A DNA stretch of 32,000 nucleotides from Candidatus Calditenuis fumarioli (GTDB lineage Archaea; Thermoproteota; Nitrososphaeria_A; Caldarchaeales; Calditenuaceae), in the NCBI GenBank assembly GCA_030059665.1, contig JANVYR010000001.1, positions 407,164-439,163 of the forward strand, given 5' to 3'. The position numbers and the translations under genes were made by a program. Shown in pieces: positions 8,955 to 17,129 of this stretch. The notes under the pieces are model-generated. The model did not search any database. It was given only the letters and a program-made list of their open reading frames with translations, and was not told the DNA's origin. Position 1 is the first letter of the stretch. Every line of letters begins with the position of its first letter.

Positions 8955-9689
8955 TCACCGCACCAGCGACCTGAGCGACTTGATCATGGACTCCACCGAG
9001 TCGGCCGTCGAGAGGATTAGCGGGATCCGCTCGATCTCGCTGAGCCTCTTCGCCAGCTCGTCGACCGAGTCGGGCGTCTTGGGCCCGTGAAGCACCACAA
9101 CCTTAGGCTTGAGGGGGAAGACGCGTATCGCGACCATGGGTGACCTGCCGGTGGAGACGTTGGTGAAGACCATCGCCCTCATCGAGTTCCGCCCGAAGAG
9201 GTTGACGAAGTCGTACGGCCCCAGCTCCGTTATCGCGGAGAGGCTGTCGATCACCGTGTAACCGTAGACGTGCCCCGATATCTCCTCCGGGACCGTGAGC
9301 GGGATCCCGAGGACCGCGGAGACAACCTTCTCTGTCTCTACCGGCGCGGGGAACTCCACCATGTCGATGACCGAGTGCTGGAGCCTCAGCGTCCCCTCGA
9401 ACATCTTGTGGACCACTTTCCCACCGCGTTTGATGTCCAGCTCGATCAGGCTCCTGACGTATCGCCCGACGAAGTTGATCCCCGGAGACCTCCTCTTCCC
9501 CTTCTCGTAGTCGCTCAGGACCGGTGAGGATATGCCCATCGCTGCAGCCACGTCCTTCTGCGTCAGCCCGAAGATCAGCCTCCACTTCCTCATGGTCTTG
9601 CCAGGATCGGTCGAGAAGACGATCTCGGCCGCTATCTTGTAGGCGACCTGGTTCACCAGCCAGTCGTCCGCCACCCTCCGCATAGCCAC
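8955..9689 (-). CDS. XRE-type HTH transcriptional regulator with a conserved archaeal C-terminal domain
   Basis: HTH block GLTQKDVAAAMGISSPVLSDYEKGKRRSP, followed by an alpha/beta domain of about 150 aa. Confidence 0.72.
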   Translation of the reverse strand: MAMRRVADDWLVNQVAYKIAAEIVFSTDPGKTMRKWRLIFGLTQKDVAAAMGISSPVLSDYEKGKRRSPGINFVGRYVRSLIELDIKRGGKVVHKMFEGTLRLQHSVIDMVEFPAPVETEKVVSAVLGIPLTVPEEISGHVYGYTVIDSLSAITELGPYDFVNLFGRNSMRAMVFTNVSTGRSPMVAIRVFPLKPKVVVLHGPKTPDSVDELAKRLSEIERIPLILSTADSVESMIKSLRSLVR

Positions 9690-9707
9690 GCCCCCGAATT
9701 TAGCCCA

Positions 9708-10763
9708 ATGGTTAATAAGGGATGCGCTGAAGATAGCCGGATGAATTACGGGAATGGTCTAGGGATGGCTGTTTTCGCGAGCCACAGCGCGCTCCAGCTC
9801 GTCCTCGGCGGCGAGGCGCAGGGCGTTCGGGTAGCTCTCTTCGGCCCCCAGCAGAGCCTGAGGCTGTACCGGCGCTTTCCGGGGATCGGGTGCGAGCTGA
9901 TCGAGTACTCCGGGCCCGAAACGCTGGAGCGTCTCGCCGAGCGCGGCTACGTCCTGGTCCCTAACGGGTCGGTGGTGGAGTACGTCGGGCCGGAAACGCT
10001 TGCCAGGTCGAGCGTCAGGGTCTTCGGGTCGAGGGAGCTGCTGAGGGCCGAGGCGAGCCAGAGCCGGAAGATGGAGCTCCTGAGAAGCGCGGGCATCCCG
10101 ACTCCGAGGACTTACTCTTCTCCGGACGAGATCGATGGTCCGGTCATCGTCAAGTTCCCCGGAGCCAAGGGCGGCAAGGGATACGAGGTCACCGAGGACC
10201 CCGAGAAGGTGAGGGAGCTGCTCCATTGGGCCGTCGAGAAAAGGCTCGCAGGGAGTCCGGATGAGGTGATGGTTCAGGAGTACCTGATCGGCACCACCCT
10301 CTACGCGCACTACTTCCACTCGCCGATCCACGACAGGACCGAGATCACCGGCTTCGACATCAGGTACGAGTCCGACGTCGACGGGCTGAGGCGTGCGCCT
10401 GTTGACGTGGCCTCGCGTTACTCGCCGACCTTCACCGTCGTCGGTAACCTTCCGGTCTTCCCGAGGGAGAGGCTGCTGGAGACGTTCCTCGAATACGGGG
10501 AGCGCTTCGTCAGCGCGGTGAAGCGAGAGCTCGGAGGGAAGTTCGCGGGGCCCTTCTGCCTCGAGTGCGTCGTGGACAGGGACCTGAACGTCCTCGCGTT
10601 CGAGTTCTCCGGCCGGATCGTCGCGGGCACCAACGTCTACCTCGTCCACGGAAGCCCGTACCTCGCCCTTTACTTCGGGAGGCCCATGACCGTCGGCGAG
10701 AGGGTTGCGCTCGAGCTGAGGGAGGCCCAGGAACGGGGGGCCCTCGAGGAGGTGCTGACCTGA
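9708..10763 (+). CDS. purP: FAICAR synthetase PurP (5-formaminoimidazole-4-carboxamide ribonucleotide synthetase, ATP-grasp), paralog 1
   Basis: ASHSALQ, VKFPGAKGGKGY (glycine-rich ATP-grasp loop), IRYESDVDGL, GPFCLE, SGRIVAGTN and the C-terminal LEEVLT closely match the archaeal PurP pattern as I recall it from M. jannaschii. The true start is probably Met at 9765 (MAVFASHSAL). Confidence 0.85.
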   Translation: MVNKGCAEDSRMNYGNGLGMAVFASHSALQLVLGGEAQGVRVALFGPQQSLRLYRRFPGIGCELIEYSGPETLERLAERGYVLVPNGSVVEYVGPETLARSSVRVFGSRELLRAEASQSRKMELLRSAGIPTPRTYSSPDEIDGPVIVKFPGAKGGKGYEVTEDPEKVRELLHWAVEKRLAGSPDEVMVQEYLIGTTLYAHYFHSPIHDRTEITGFDIRYESDVDGLRRAPVDVASRYSPTFTVVGNLPVFPRERLLETFLEYGERFVSAVKRELGGKFAGPFCLECVVDRDLNVLAFEFSGRIVAGTNVYLVHGSPYLALYFGRPMTVGERVALELREAQERGALEEVLT

Positions 10764-10793
10764 GGTTACCGCTTTACCCCAGCGCTGCCGCAC

Positions 10794-11861
10794 TTGACTG
10801 CGATGAGGGCGGACTCGGTGGCGTGCGTCGCATCCCATTCGGCCCTTGACGTCTTCGACGGGGCGAAGGACGAGGGCTTCGCGACCGTCGCTCTATGCAG
10901 GCTGGGCAGGGACGCGATCTACAGGGCTCTGCCCGAACTCATAGACCACTACATCGACCTGAAGGATTACCGCGAGATGCTCGACCAACGGGTTCAGGGG
11001 AGGCTCCGAGAGCTGGGGAGCGTGGTGGTCCCCAACAGGAGCATGGCCGTATACGTGGGGTACGAGGGGATAGAGAGGCACCTATCGGTTCCGGTCTTCG
11101 GGAACAGGATGATGCTCAGGTGGGAGGAGAGGACCGGCGAGAAGAACTACTACAGGCTCCTCGATGAGGCGGGCGTCAGGAGGCCCAGGACCTTCCGGGA
11201 CGTGGACGAGGTCGACAGGCCAGTTATGCTTAAGGTGCAGGAGGCCGAGCGGACCCAGGAGCGTGCCTTCATCATAGCGACCGATGCGGAGGACCTGAAG
11301 CGCAAGGTCCGGAGGGCCCTCGAAACGGGCACCATCAGCGAGGGGACGCTGAAAGCTGCGGTGATCGAGGAGCTGCTCCTCGGAGCGCACTTCAACGTCA
11401 ACTTCTTCGCGAGCAGGGTACGGAGGAGGCTCGAGATCGTCAGCGTCGACAGGAGGATACAGAGCGACCTCGACGGTTTCCTGAGGCTCACCGCCAGGGA
11501 GCAGCTCGAGATCGCAAGGACGCCCTCGATGATCGAGGTAGGTCACGAGCCCGCAACGCTGAGGGAGAGCCTGCTGAACCAGATCTACGAGATGGGTCAG
11601 AGGGTCGTCGAGGCTGCCTCGAGGTTAGAACCGCCGGGGCTGATCGGGCCCTTCACGCTCCAGCTGATGGTGATGCCGGACCTCTCCGCGGTCGTCTACG
11701 ACTTCGCACCGAGGATAGGTGGAGGAACCAACGCCCACATGGGAACCGGCGGGAACTACTCGAAGCTGTTCCTGAGAAGGGCCGTCTCGATGGGGAGGAG
11801 GATCTGCATCGAGCTGAGGGAGGCGAGGGAGCAGGGGATGCTCGACGAGGTATTGACGTAG
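10794..11861 (+). CDS. purP: PurP-family ATP-grasp protein, paralog 2 (divergent nucleotide loop)
   Basis: ASHSALDVFDGAKDEGF, VPVFGNRMMLRWEER, DRRIQSDLDG, GLIGPFTLQ, APRIGGGTN and the C-terminal LDEVLT match PurP. The loop aligned to KFPGAKGGKGY reads KVQEAERTQERAF. Confidence 0.82.
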   Translation: MTAMRADSVACVASHSALDVFDGAKDEGFATVALCRLGRDAIYRALPELIDHYIDLKDYREMLDQRVQGRLRELGSVVVPNRSMAVYVGYEGIERHLSVPVFGNRMMLRWEERTGEKNYYRLLDEAGVRRPRTFRDVDEVDRPVMLKVQEAERTQERAFIIATDAEDLKRKVRRALETGTISEGTLKAAVIEELLLGAHFNVNFFASRVRRRLEIVSVDRRIQSDLDGFLRLTAREQLEIARTPSMIEVGHEPATLRESLLNQIYEMGQRVVEAASRLEPPGLIGPFTLQLMVMPDLSAVVYDFAPRIGGGTNAHMGTGGNYSKLFLRRAVSMGRRICIELREAREQGMLDEVLT

Positions 11862-11867
11862 CGGCCC

Positions 11868-12233
11868 TCAGAGGAGGGGAAGGGAACCGGTAACCCTGTC
11901 AACCATCTCGGACGGCGCTGGTCCTATCCCGAGGGCGGTCACCGTCCCGGGTTCGAGCTCCGTCAGGCCGGCGTCGGAGACCAGCTCGCACGGGAGCCCG
12001 AGGGCCTCGGCCTTTTTCCGCAGTTCCTCAAGCTCCTCCAGGGACCTCGCCTTCACCACCACCTTCTTCTGGCCCTCGCTGAGCCATCTCTCGACCCAGG
12101 CCTGGTGGTAGCGCATGGCCCTGAGCAGCGCCGAGACGGAGGCGTGGGCCACCTGGACCGCGGTCTTACCGACGCTCATGCGGAGGTCAACCCTGACAAC
12201 TATCACCTGCTTGAACCCACGCTCGCCCGTCAA
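11868..12233 (-). CDS. pth2: Peptidyl-tRNA hydrolase, archaeal type (Pth2)
   Basis: 121 aa. [26 protein letters not shown] and [22 protein letters not shown] are hallmark Pth2 blocks. The TTG start overlaps the upstream stop codon (TTGA). Confidence 0.9.
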   Translation of the reverse strand: MTGERGFKQVIVVRVDLRMSVGKTAVQVAHASVSALLRAMRYHQAWVERWLSEGQKKVVVKARSLEELEELRKKAEALGLPCELVSDAGLTELEPGTVTALGIGPAPSEMVDRVTGSLPLL

Positions 12234-13102
12234 AGGGAAACCCTCCTGCTGCCGAACGTCGCTGGCTGGTTGTTGACCTTCACCACCCTGGTTTCACCGT
12301 AGGATCCCAGCGCCTCCCTCACCTCATCGACATTCTCCTCGTAGCAGAGCGCCGCGATCGCAGGTCCGGTCCCCGAGATGGAGCATGCCAGGGCCCCCTT
12401 CCTCAGAGCAGCGACGGTGACGTCCGTTCCGTAACCCAGCGCCGCCGAGTGAACGAGGCCGTTGAGCGTCATAGCCCTGATGTAATCTCCCCTCATCGCC
12501 AGCTCGAAGGCCACCTCGACGAGACCCCTGATGGGGAGCAGGTCCTCGCGCCTGAAGGAGGAGGTGAAGGTCCTCCTGCCCTCGGGGACCGAGATCACCG
12601 CCATGAGCCTCTCCTCCAGCTCTGACCTCATCAGGAGGGCCCTCCTCCGGTTGTCGGTCACCACGAAACCCCCGAGCATGCACGCGGAGGCGTCATCGGC
12701 AGCTCCCGTGATTGACGTGCCAGAGCGTATCGAGACCTCCGAGACCAGGTCGAGCAGCTCCCAGTATCGCGGGACCTCGCCGATGGCGTCGAAGAGGGCC
12801 AGCGTGACCGCTGAGGCCGCAGCGCTGGAGCTTTTCAGCCCCACCGCCACCGGTATCTCCGACTCAACCTCGACCCTGCACCCCTTCCCGGAGAGGGCCT
12901 TCCTCTCGGCCACCAACTTGAACGCGGTCCTAGCAACGGAGTCGTCCGCCTCCTGACCCCTGCACCTGAACGAGAAGACGCCGTCGTCGGTGAGCTCCAC
13001 GGTCGCCGCCATCCTCAGATCGATCCCTATGGCCGCGCCCTTCCCGATCGAGATCGCGTTAACCACCGTCACCGCCCCTTTGACCTCCGCCCTTCCTCTC
13101 AT
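12230..13102 (-). CDS. aroK: Shikimate kinase, archaeal GHMP-kinase type
   Basis: [36 protein letters not shown] (GHMP motif II), [14 protein letters not shown] and [11 protein letters not shown] align along the whole length with the M. jannaschii-type shikimate kinase pattern. Confidence 0.85.
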   Translation of the reverse strand: MRGRAEVKGAVTVVNAISIGKGAAIGIDLRMAATVELTDDGVFSFRCRGQEADDSVARTAFKLVAERKALSGKGCRVEVESEIPVAVGLKSSSAAASAVTLALFDAIGEVPRYWELLDLVSEVSIRSGTSITGAADDASACMLGGFVVTDNRRRALLMRSELEERLMAVISVPEGRRTFTSSFRREDLLPIRGLVEVAFELAMRGDYIRAMTLNGLVHSAALGYGTDVTVAALRKGALACSISGTGPAIAALCYEENVDEVREALGSYGETRVVKVNNQPATFGSRRVSL

Positions 13103-13241
13103 CCGCGGGTACCGCTGCGGGGCAAGATAGGAGCTTTATCCCGATGGGCCTATTCGACGTGAAAGCGGGAGTTTGAGGGCTGACGCGTCGTCTCCTCATA
13201 GCACTAGGCGAGCCGCCGTCGTGAGCCATCGAGAGGAACAG

Positions 13242-13251
13242 GAAAAAATAG
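13242..13251 (+). promoter_or_regulatory. TATA-like box (GAAAAAATAG) for the tRNA-Ser gene
   Basis: The only AT-rich element in the GC-rich spacer. It is centred about 29 nt upstream of tRNA position 1. Confidence 0.4.
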
Positions 13252-13275
13252 GGCGTTCGCCGGAACCCGAACCGG

Positions 13276-13373
13276 GCCGGGGTCCCATAGCGGCCATTGG
13301 GGCGGCCTGGAGAGCTTGCCTGAAAGCCGCTGCCCCGTTGAGGGGCGCGCGGGTTCGAGTCCCGCCCCCGGCG
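13276..13373 (+). tRNA. tRNA-Ser (anticodon GGA) with a 12-nt intron at the canonical 37/38 position; no encoded CCA
   Basis: Hand-folded cloverleaf:
- Acceptor stem GCCGGGG (13276-82) pairs with CCCCGGC (13366-72); the discriminator is G.
- U8 is present. The D arm is CCAT / AGCGGCCA / TTGG, with A14, G18G19 and A21.
- Anticodon stem GCGGC (13302-06) pairs with GCCGC (13326-30) and encloses 19 nt. After removing 13313-13324 the loop is CTGGAGA.
- The long variable arm is CCCC-GTTGA-GGGG (type II).
- T arm GCGGG-TTCGAGT-CCCGC. Confidence 0.85.
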
Positions 13374-13447
13374 CTTAAACGGTTTCTGACCTCGAGACGC
13401 GGTTTCAGTTACAATCATAAATTGAGAGGGAGGAGTCCGGAACGCGG

Positions 13448-14344
13448 TTGAGCGGCTCAGCGCAGGCCCCATCCACATCGCTGGTCACCGCGGTTAGGAC
13501 CTACTTCGTCCTCACGAAGCCCAACGTCTGGTGGCTCCTCGTCTTCACGGGTATCGGCGGTTACTTCGCCGGATCCTCGGGCACCTTCGACCCGATTACG
13601 TTCGCCCTGACCGCTGCATCCCTCAGCGCGGCCTGCGCAGGTGCCGAGACGGTCGCGAACTACCTCGAGCGGGACATCGACGCGGTCATGACCAGAACCA
13701 GGAGGAGGCCCCTGCCCTCGGGGAAGATCACTCCACCGGAGAGGGCCCTGTACTTCGGCCTCCTGCTCACGGCTACGGGCATCGCCCTCTCGTCCCTGAT
13801 CAACCTCTACGCCCTGGCATTCACGGTCTTCGGGGTTCTCGACTACGTGGTGGTCTACGTCATGTTGACAAAGAGGAGGACGCCGCTCAACGTGATCCTC
13901 GGCAGCTTCTCGGGCGGCGCGCCTGCGCTGATCGGCTACACCGCCGCCACCGGCTTCCCGGACGTCTACGGCTGGCTTCTGGCAGCGCTGGTCGTGCTCT
14001 GGATACCCTCACACGTCTGGAGCCTGGCGATGAAGTACCGCGAGGACTACAGGAGGGCTGGCGTTCCCATGTTGCCCGTCGTGATCGAGGAGCGGAAGGC
14101 CATACGGTGCATCGTCTCGACCGTCGTCCTGCTCGTCGCCTTCTCCCTCGCCCTGCCCATCGCAAAGCCCTCCCTCGGGCCGCTGTACCTCTCCGTTGCC
14201 GCACTGCTGGGAGGGGCTCTGCTCTTCCTCAGCATCAGGACGGCTCTCAGGCCGACCTTCGAGAACTTCTGGAGGCTCTTCAAGTTCACGAGCCCGTACC
14301 TTGCGGTGCTGTTCGCGGCGATAGTCCTGGAGGCCCTTCTGTGA
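13448..14344 (+). CDS. ctaB: Protoheme IX farnesyltransferase (heme O synthase, UbiA family)
   Basis: Polytopic membrane protein with NYLERDIDAVMTRTRRRPLPSG and a second Asp-rich region. TTG start, preceded by CATAAATT (TATA-like) and a GGAGG. Confidence 0.88.
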   Translation: MSGSAQAPSTSLVTAVRTYFVLTKPNVWWLLVFTGIGGYFAGSSGTFDPITFALTAASLSAACAGAETVANYLERDIDAVMTRTRRRPLPSGKITPPERALYFGLLLTATGIALSSLINLYALAFTVFGVLDYVVVYVMLTKRRTPLNVILGSFSGGAPALIGYTAATGFPDVYGWLLAALVVLWIPSHVWSLAMKYREDYRRAGVPMLPVVIEERKAIRCIVSTVVLLVAFSLALPIAKPSLGPLYLSVAALLGGALLFLSIRTALRPTFENFWRLFKFTSPYLAVLFAAIVLEALL

Positions 14345-14355
14345 CGTAGTCCGGT

Positions 14356-14973
14356 GTGCATAGGGTTTTGAGTTTGGAGGAACCCCATGAGGCGGGCGAG
14401 GTGCTCCTGCTGAAGCCGGAGGCTCTGGACGCGCTGGTCGAGGCAGGTCTCCTGAGGAGGGAGGACGCGGTGAGGAGCATCGGTCTGAGCGTGAACGGCG
14501 ACGGCTCGGTCGATGCCCAGGTCCTCGAGGCCGATGGTGAGACATTCCGTGTTGCCGACAGGGTCAGGTCGGGTCTCGAGCTGCCCTTCAGGCCCTCATC
14601 GTTCAGGCTCCTATCGGTGACCTACGACGGACGCGAGGTCAAGAAGCTGAGATCGCTCATGCTCGAGTCCAACCGCATCCTCGTCGAGGGAGGGCTGCTG
14701 CTCCTGAAAGCCGGGCTTCAGAGGGACGAGGTTCCCCGCTTGCTGCTGACCACCGGTTTCGCGTCCACCGATCCGCAGACCGTCGCGGGGTACCACGTGG
14801 GCGTCAAGGTCTGGAAGAGCTACGTGAGGAACCGGTGCCCGAGGTGCGGCAGCGAGCTCACGATCCCCCTGATCCCGGAGGACAGCACCTCCATCAGGAT
14901 ATGGTCCTTTTACTGCAGCAGCTGCGGTTACGTCTGGAACTCGGAGGAACCGGTGCTCAGGTACTCGTTCTGA
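14356..14973 (+). CDS. Hypothetical protein with C-terminal CPxCG-type zinc ribbon
   Basis: 205 aa. The C-terminus has CPRCGSEL...(21 aa)...YCSSCGY (four Cys). The middle segment NRILVEGGLLLLKAG resembles the post-motif region of class I methyltransferases, but no GxGxG is present. The start is uncertain: GTG 14356, with in-frame TTG/GTG alternatives. Confidence 0.55.
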   Translation: MHRVLSLEEPHEAGEVLLLKPEALDALVEAGLLRREDAVRSIGLSVNGDGSVDAQVLEADGETFRVADRVRSGLELPFRPSSFRLLSVTYDGREVKKLRSLMLESNRILVEGGLLLLKAGLQRDEVPRLLLTTGFASTDPQTVAGYHVGVKVWKSYVRNRCPRCGSELTIPLIPEDSTSIRIWSFYCSSCGYVWNSEEPVLRYSF

Positions 14974-15571
14974 AGCTCGGCTTACCCACTCCAGACGCGA
15001 ACGCCTCGGTCGAGGGCATCACTATCGTCCCCTCCTCGGGATTCCCCAGCTCGACGGTCAGCCCGATGTCGTGGAGGTAGGCGATGAGCGCGCAGGTCAT
15101 CGCGTCGACCTCGTCAACGGTCAGACTACGCTCCACGCGGAGCCCCAGCCGGGACGCAACGAGATCCGCGACTTTCTTGTCGGGCCTCCGGCCTCTTCCG
15201 ACCAGACCCATCGTCCTCTGCGCCCCACGAGGGTAGACCTCGATGACCCTCAGGCCCTTCTCCCTGAGGGCTGACGCGATCCGGGACCCCCTCTCGGTCA
15301 GCAGCCTCATCGGCCCCATCGTCGGCGGCAATATTGGGACGCCGAGCCTCCTCACCTCCAGGTCGCACCGCCTCAGGCCCCTCCCGGACCTCGGTGACGT
15401 CAGCGGCGCGTCGATCGCAACAGCTTCCGGAGCAGATCGAAGTACCAGATCCACGAGCTCTTCGTCTGTCAGCACGCTGTGGAACTCGAGGGAGACACCT
15501 ACCCTCGCAACGCACACCGCGGTGGGCCGCCTCTCGGTGCCGCTGAGGTCGATGCCGACGTAGACTCTCAC
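14957..15571 (-). CDS. DUF429 family protein (predicted RNase H-fold nuclease)
   Basis: The N-terminal VYVGIDLSG...RPTAV block and AIDAPLT are typical of DUF429. The GTG start overlaps the upstream stop codon (GTGA). Confidence 0.72.
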   Translation of the reverse strand: MRVYVGIDLSGTERRPTAVCVARVGVSLEFHSVLTDEELVDLVLRSAPEAVAIDAPLTSPRSGRGLRRCDLEVRRLGVPILPPTMGPMRLLTERGSRIASALREKGLRVIEVYPRGAQRTMGLVGRGRRPDKKVADLVASRLGLRVERSLTVDEVDAMTCALIAYLHDIGLTVELGNPEEGTIVMPSTEAFASGVGKPSFRTST

Positions 15572-16656
15572 CTGCGCTCCCCGGTTCCAGCTTCTCCCGG
15601 AGGTCTCCTCGAGAGCTGGATCAGCTCCTCGACGTGCTCGGGCCTCTTCGCGCCGACCAGCGTGCAGTCCGAGGCCGACCTGGCGAACTGGATCAGGTGC
15701 TGCGCGAGCGTCATGCCGGGCGGTGGCTTGAGGTTGACGCGCCTGAGCAGACGGCCCTCCAGCAGGGGGGCGCTGGTAACCACGACGAGCGAGAGCTTCC
15801 TCGCGGCCTCGACGGGTGTGAGGAGCTCGCCTTCGACCTCCTGGTTCCTCAGGGTCACTGCCTCCGGCATCGCGACGTTCAGCGGCAGCTGGACGAACCT
15901 CAGCCCGTGATTCTTACCGCCGACCGAGAGGGCGCACTCGACGGCCCTCTGCAGGTCGAGGTGCTCCTCCGCGTCCCTCTCAACCCTGAGGGAGCTCCAG
16001 GTCGCGAGCCCGTACCACCCGATCAACCCCTCGGACCTCAAATCCTCCAGCTTCGCGAAGGCCTCGGTCAATCTGGCGTACGTCGCCTCCCTCCCGAAGA
16101 CCGGGACCTGATGCTCCATGACGTTGTGGAGGTAAACCACGTCCAGCACCTCGAGGTCTGTGTTGGCCCTGCTCTTCCGGACGCTCCACTCCACGTACCT
16201 CGGAGAGATGGAGTGGATGCCGCCCGCGACTTCTGAGGGGCTGACGACGCCGGCCCTGAAGAGCCTCTCCTCGACGTAGTCGATGAAGGACCTCCTCTCC
16301 CGCGAGTCGTGCGTCAGGTAACCGGCTTTGGTGCAGACCAGAATTGCTCTCCTCTCTGCGATATTGGATTCCACGAGCCTTCGGATAGCCCTCCCGACCG
16401 CTGCCTCCGCCCGCATGAACCTGTAGTTGATCGCTGTGTCGATCACGTTCACCGCACCCGACGAGACGAGCCTGAAGACCGCCTCCTCCACGAGCGAGTC
16501 CGTCGCGTCGTCCGGCTCCCCGAGGTAAGTGCCGATTCCGAGGCTGCTGATAGACCCGATAGGCGTCTCCCTGTAGTGCCCCTCAGCGACACCCATCCCC
16601 CTCGCGAGCTCCGCGAAGGCCCTGGAGGACGAGGCCGTGAAAGCGCCAGGGATCAT
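15568..16656 (-). CDS. Aldo/keto reductase family oxidoreductase
   Basis: 362 aa. LGIGTYLG, NVIDTAINYR, LYLHN and the YGLATW blocks fit the AKR (TIM-barrel) family. Confidence 0.82.
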   Translation of the reverse strand: MIPGAFTASSSRAFAELARGMGVAEGHYRETPIGSISSLGIGTYLGEPDDATDSLVEEAVFRLVSSGAVNVIDTAINYRFMRAEAAVGRAIRRLVESNIAERRAILVCTKAGYLTHDSRERRSFIDYVEERLFRAGVVSPSEVAGGIHSISPRYVEWSVRKSRANTDLEVLDVVYLHNVMEHQVPVFGREATYARLTEAFAKLEDLRSEGLIGWYGLATWSSLRVERDAEEHLDLQRAVECALSVGGKNHGLRFVQLPLNVAMPEAVTLRNQEVEGELLTPVEAARKLSLVVVTSAPLLEGRLLRRVNLKPPPGMTLAQHLIQFARSASDCTLVGAKRPEHVEELIQLSRRPPGEAGTGERR

Positions 16657-16741
16657 GCAGGTCGGCTGCGCCTCGATCTCTTTGGGTTTTCGGCCATGAA
16701 CCCGAGGCTCCTCCGCGAGCCCTCACGGACCACGTGATTCC

Positions 16742-17038
16742 TCATAGTAGGGCGTACTCCTCCCTCGTCCAGGGGTCGAGGATCCGGAGCCTGCCGTACT
16801 TGGGCCTCACCGCGAGCAGCACCTTGGCGCCGGAGACGCGGGATACCTCGCTGAGCTTCTCGAGCTCCTCGTGCGAGGGCCTGTCGTTGTACTTGCACTC
16901 GACCAGAACAGCCTGACCGCCCTTGATGCAGACCAGGTCAACCGGCTTGCTCCCCGCGGCCCTCACCACCAGCCAACCCCTCGAGGCGAAGAGGTCCCTC
17001 ACCTCGTACTCTAACCTCCTACCCCTTTTGTAGCTCAT
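16742..17038 (-). CDS. hjc: Hjc-like Holliday junction resolvase family nuclease (PD-(D/E)XK), unusually short
   Basis: 98 aa. The spacing KRGRRLEYEVRDLFASRGWLVVRAAGSKPVDLVCIKGGQAVLVECK reproduces the Hjc catalytic pattern E...D...E-x-K. Confidence 0.68.
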   Translation of the reverse strand: MSYKRGRRLEYEVRDLFASRGWLVVRAAGSKPVDLVCIKGGQAVLVECKYNDRPSHEELEKLSEVSRVSGAKVLLAVRPKYGRLRILDPWTREEYALL

Positions 17039-17069
17039 CCGAGGACCGTTTTCGCCCGGCGGATATCAC

Positions 17070-17083
17070 GTTTTCCCGAAAAC
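17070..17083. promoter_or_regulatory. Perfect palindrome GTTTTC-CC-GAAAAC in a divergent promoter region
   Basis: A 6-bp inverted repeat with a 2-bp spacer, read directly. It lies between GATATC (a TATA-like box for hjc, 17062-17067) and GTAAATT (a TATA-like box for the + gene, 17125-17131). A related half-site, CCGTTTTCG, occurs at 17046-17054. Confidence 0.3.
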
Positions 17084-17129
17084 CGTTACAGCTGGATCGG
17101 CAGGATGCGGTGATCGCGCGGAACGTAAA

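Noticed and set aside
9759-10838. A 359-aa ORF on the - strand.
   Set aside because: It is antisense to PurP paralog 1. Its composition is Arg/Pro/Glu-biased and it has no family signature, so it is a high-GC shadow ORF.
13103-13447. Whether the tRNA-Ser gene marks an integrated element (tRNA genes are common att sites).
   Set aside because: No integrase was found. I saw no second copy of the tRNA 3' half elsewhere in the window. The flanking genes (aroK, pth2, ctaB) are housekeeping genes with the same composition as the rest.
13059-13478. A 139-aa - strand ORF and a 92-aa + strand ORF spanning the aroK-ctaB spacer.
   Set aside because: The region is explained by a well-folding tRNA-Ser gene and its promoter. 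Both ORFs are Arg/Pro/Gly-rich and would read through the tRNA.
13531-14349. A 272-aa + strand ORF in an alternative frame within ctaB.
   Set aside because: The ctaB frame encodes coherent transmembrane helices and the UbiA-family Asp-rich motif. The alternative frame is Arg/Gly/Pro-rich nonsense.
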